DNA of 35,268 bases from assembly GCF_001194135.2 (NCBI RefSeq), contig NC_068994.1:51507354-51542621 (forward strand). The letters run 5' to 3'. Positions 33,329 to 35,268 of the stretch are shown here, in pieces. Origin of the DNA: Octopus bimaculoides. Its lineage: Eukaryota. Below the pieces are notes generated by a model. The model saw only the letters and a program-made list of their open reading frames with translations. It was not told where the DNA came from and did no database searches. The position numbers were made by a program, and so were the translations under genes. Positions within the stretch are counted from its first letter, which is position 1, and the number at the start of each line of letters is the position of its first letter.

Positions 33329-33689
33329 ATATCTACATGGATACACAATCAAAAGCAGAAGAAGACACACAATTTTTTTCATGCAAACATTCACACACTA
33401 CATGAATTACACCTACACGAATTACACACATAGACAATCACCCTAAAACAAATATATCTACAAACACACATAAATACACCATCACATCTAGGTTTTTTGT
33501 GGGGGTTTTTTCCTCTTCCTGCTCTTTGAAAAATCTCTGACAGTCTCTCACACCTTGTTCACTTTTCAAATATATACCCTCAGCATTGTTGTAAAACAAC
33601 AGAGTAACAACAATGTTTTCTCTAATCTATACAAGTCAATGAGTGTGTTGAGCAATGTTTTTCCCAGTGACAAAAGTACAGACATACTG

Positions 33690-33860
33690 CGTAGGCACAG
33701 GCATGACCGAGTAGTAAGAAGCCTGTTTCCTAACCACATGGTTCTGGATTCAGTCACACTGCATGGTACCTCGAGTAAGTGTCTTCTACTATAGCCTTGA
33801 GCTAACCAAAGCCTTGTGAGTGGATTTGGTAGACAGAAACTAAAAAAGGCCCATCATATA
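33690..33860 (+). mobile_element. Family B SINE
   Basis: GGCATGACCGAGTAGTAAGAAGC...GGATTCAGTCACACTG...AGTGTCTTCTACTATAGCC...GTGAGTGGATTTGGTAGACAGAAAC. Confidence 0.85.
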
Positions 33861-33885
33861 TTTATATATATATATATATATATAT

Positions 33886-33970
33886 GGGAGAATTTACGAA
33901 AAAAACAACAGACGAAGGCAGGTGGTGTAAACAACAAATGGATGTATTAGTATAACGCTCGGGAATAGAG
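33886..33970. mobile_element. Truncated copy of the Penelope-like terminal fragment
   Basis: GGGAGAATTTACGAAAAAAACAACAGACGAAGGCAGGTGGTG...GATGTATTAGTATAACGCTCGGGAATAGAG, near-identical to the start of the 4583 copy; stops before the hammerhead motif. Confidence 0.7.
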
Positions 33971-34714
33971 ACTCAGCATGATTGTCAATAACTTTGACAA
34001 CAACCCTTACACTACATCAACCCATGTATTTCAGATCTAGTATATGGACCAACAGGTGAAATATCGGCTCTTCAATCCATTCTGTTTTAAAAATCAGGCA
34101 CAGAGTTCTTAAATTCTTCCTTCAACTGACAGAGGGAAATATCACCCCACACACTGACCAAACCTACTTGTAATTGTGGTTTTTCTACTCTGCTTTTGGC
34201 AATGCATAGAGAGATAACCTTTCACTAGTCTTGTTCTTGAATAAAATTTGAAAAAAACAAAACTCTGGCAAACATCTACCTTACTTGGTTGCAAAATTCT
34301 GCCAAGCAGATGTTCCCTTGGCTGGTTGGTTCATGTTCAAAATCTGCCCATTGTTAATACCACAGCATAATTTGATTTGTTTTCTATTTTTATTCGTTTG
34401 CACATTCTTTATAGAATGCGTTTCCGTTTAAATTTGTAGGAAGGGTGTCCTCTACTGATTCAGTATGTGTAGCAATATTGAAAAGAGTTGGAAACACAAA
34501 AACGAAATTAAATATGTTTAAAAAAAAAAAAAAAATTCTTTTGCCTCCCACCCCCTACAAATTAGGGTATTTGTAAGGTTCCATGCTTGAAAGATATATC
34601 CCTAGGAAGAAAGATCTTCTTTCAGGTAAACATGGAATAAATATCCAATTCCATCAAAATAAAACAACACAAATAATAATAATAACAATAATATTTTTTC
34701 TAACATAGGCACAA

Positions 34715-35110
34715 AGCCACAAATTTAGGGTGAAGCACAGAGCCAAATCAACCCCAGTAATTGACTGTATAAAAGGCAAAGTTGACTTGAACAGGATTTG
34801 AACTCAGAACTTAATCGGCAGTAGCTAAAAACTGCAAGAGATTTTGTCCAATGCTTTAACTCCTAATTTACCATTCTTATTAATAACTGCTTCTAAGATG
34901 GTGAGCTGGCAGAATCATTAGCACGCTGGACAGAATGCTTAGTGGTATTTTGCCCATCACTACACTCAGAGTTCAAATTCAGCCGGCATCGATTTTGCCT
35001 TTCGTCCTTTTGGGGTCGATGAAATAAGTACCAGTGAAGTACTAGGTTTGATGTGATTGACTAGACTCCTCCCCCATATTTCAGGCCTTGTGCCTATTGA
35101 AGAAAAGATT
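34715..35110. mobile_element. Divergent pair of family A SINEs (minus ~34715-34860; plus ~34895-35110)
   Basis: AAAGGCAAAGTTGAC...GATTTGAACTCAGAAC versus GGTGAGCTGGCAGAATCATTAGCACG...GAGTTCAAATTC...TTTGCCTTT. Confidence 0.8.
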
Positions 35111-35268
35111 AATGATTGCTTTTAATTCATCATTATAATTAATAATTGCATCTAATTTAAATTGACTTTAATTTAAACATAAGGCTAGCAATTTTGAGTA
35201 ACAAGTGGATTAAACAATTACATCAACCCAAGTATTTGACTAATATTTTATTTAATGACCCCCCCCCC

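Overview
Repeat-rich animal genomic DNA from a gapped scaffold. It is most likely an octopod cephalopod, inferred from recalled octopus-type tRNA-SINE families, RTE tails and dense microsatellites. The only host gene I can support is the 5' part of a minus-strand Golgi type II membrane glycosyltransferase, most like MGAT1/GnT-I. It has two coding exons (9444-9349, 5101-4984) with canonical, phase-matched splice sites; the catalytic exons are not visible and probably lie left of the window. The rest is intron or intergenic DNA: tRNA-derived SINEs, RTE LINE fragments, hAT-, piggyBac- and Tc1-type MITEs, a mariner transposase relic, a Helentron-type element, Penelope-type termini, a tRNA-Asp relic and microsatellites. 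Most listed ORFs are microsatellite or N-gap artefacts. Best leads: (1) a minimal dimeric-type hammerhead motif in a Penelope terminus on the gene's strand; (2) 66-71 bp tandem units in front of RTE tails, each with two hairpins and length variation confined to one loop; (3) an 83-bp near-perfect intronic palindrome; (4) a ~780-bp continuous foldback; (5) a uORF plus internal donor that could remove the signal anchor. No CRISPR or other novel multi-gene system is supported. Repeat boundaries are approximate and were read by eye.
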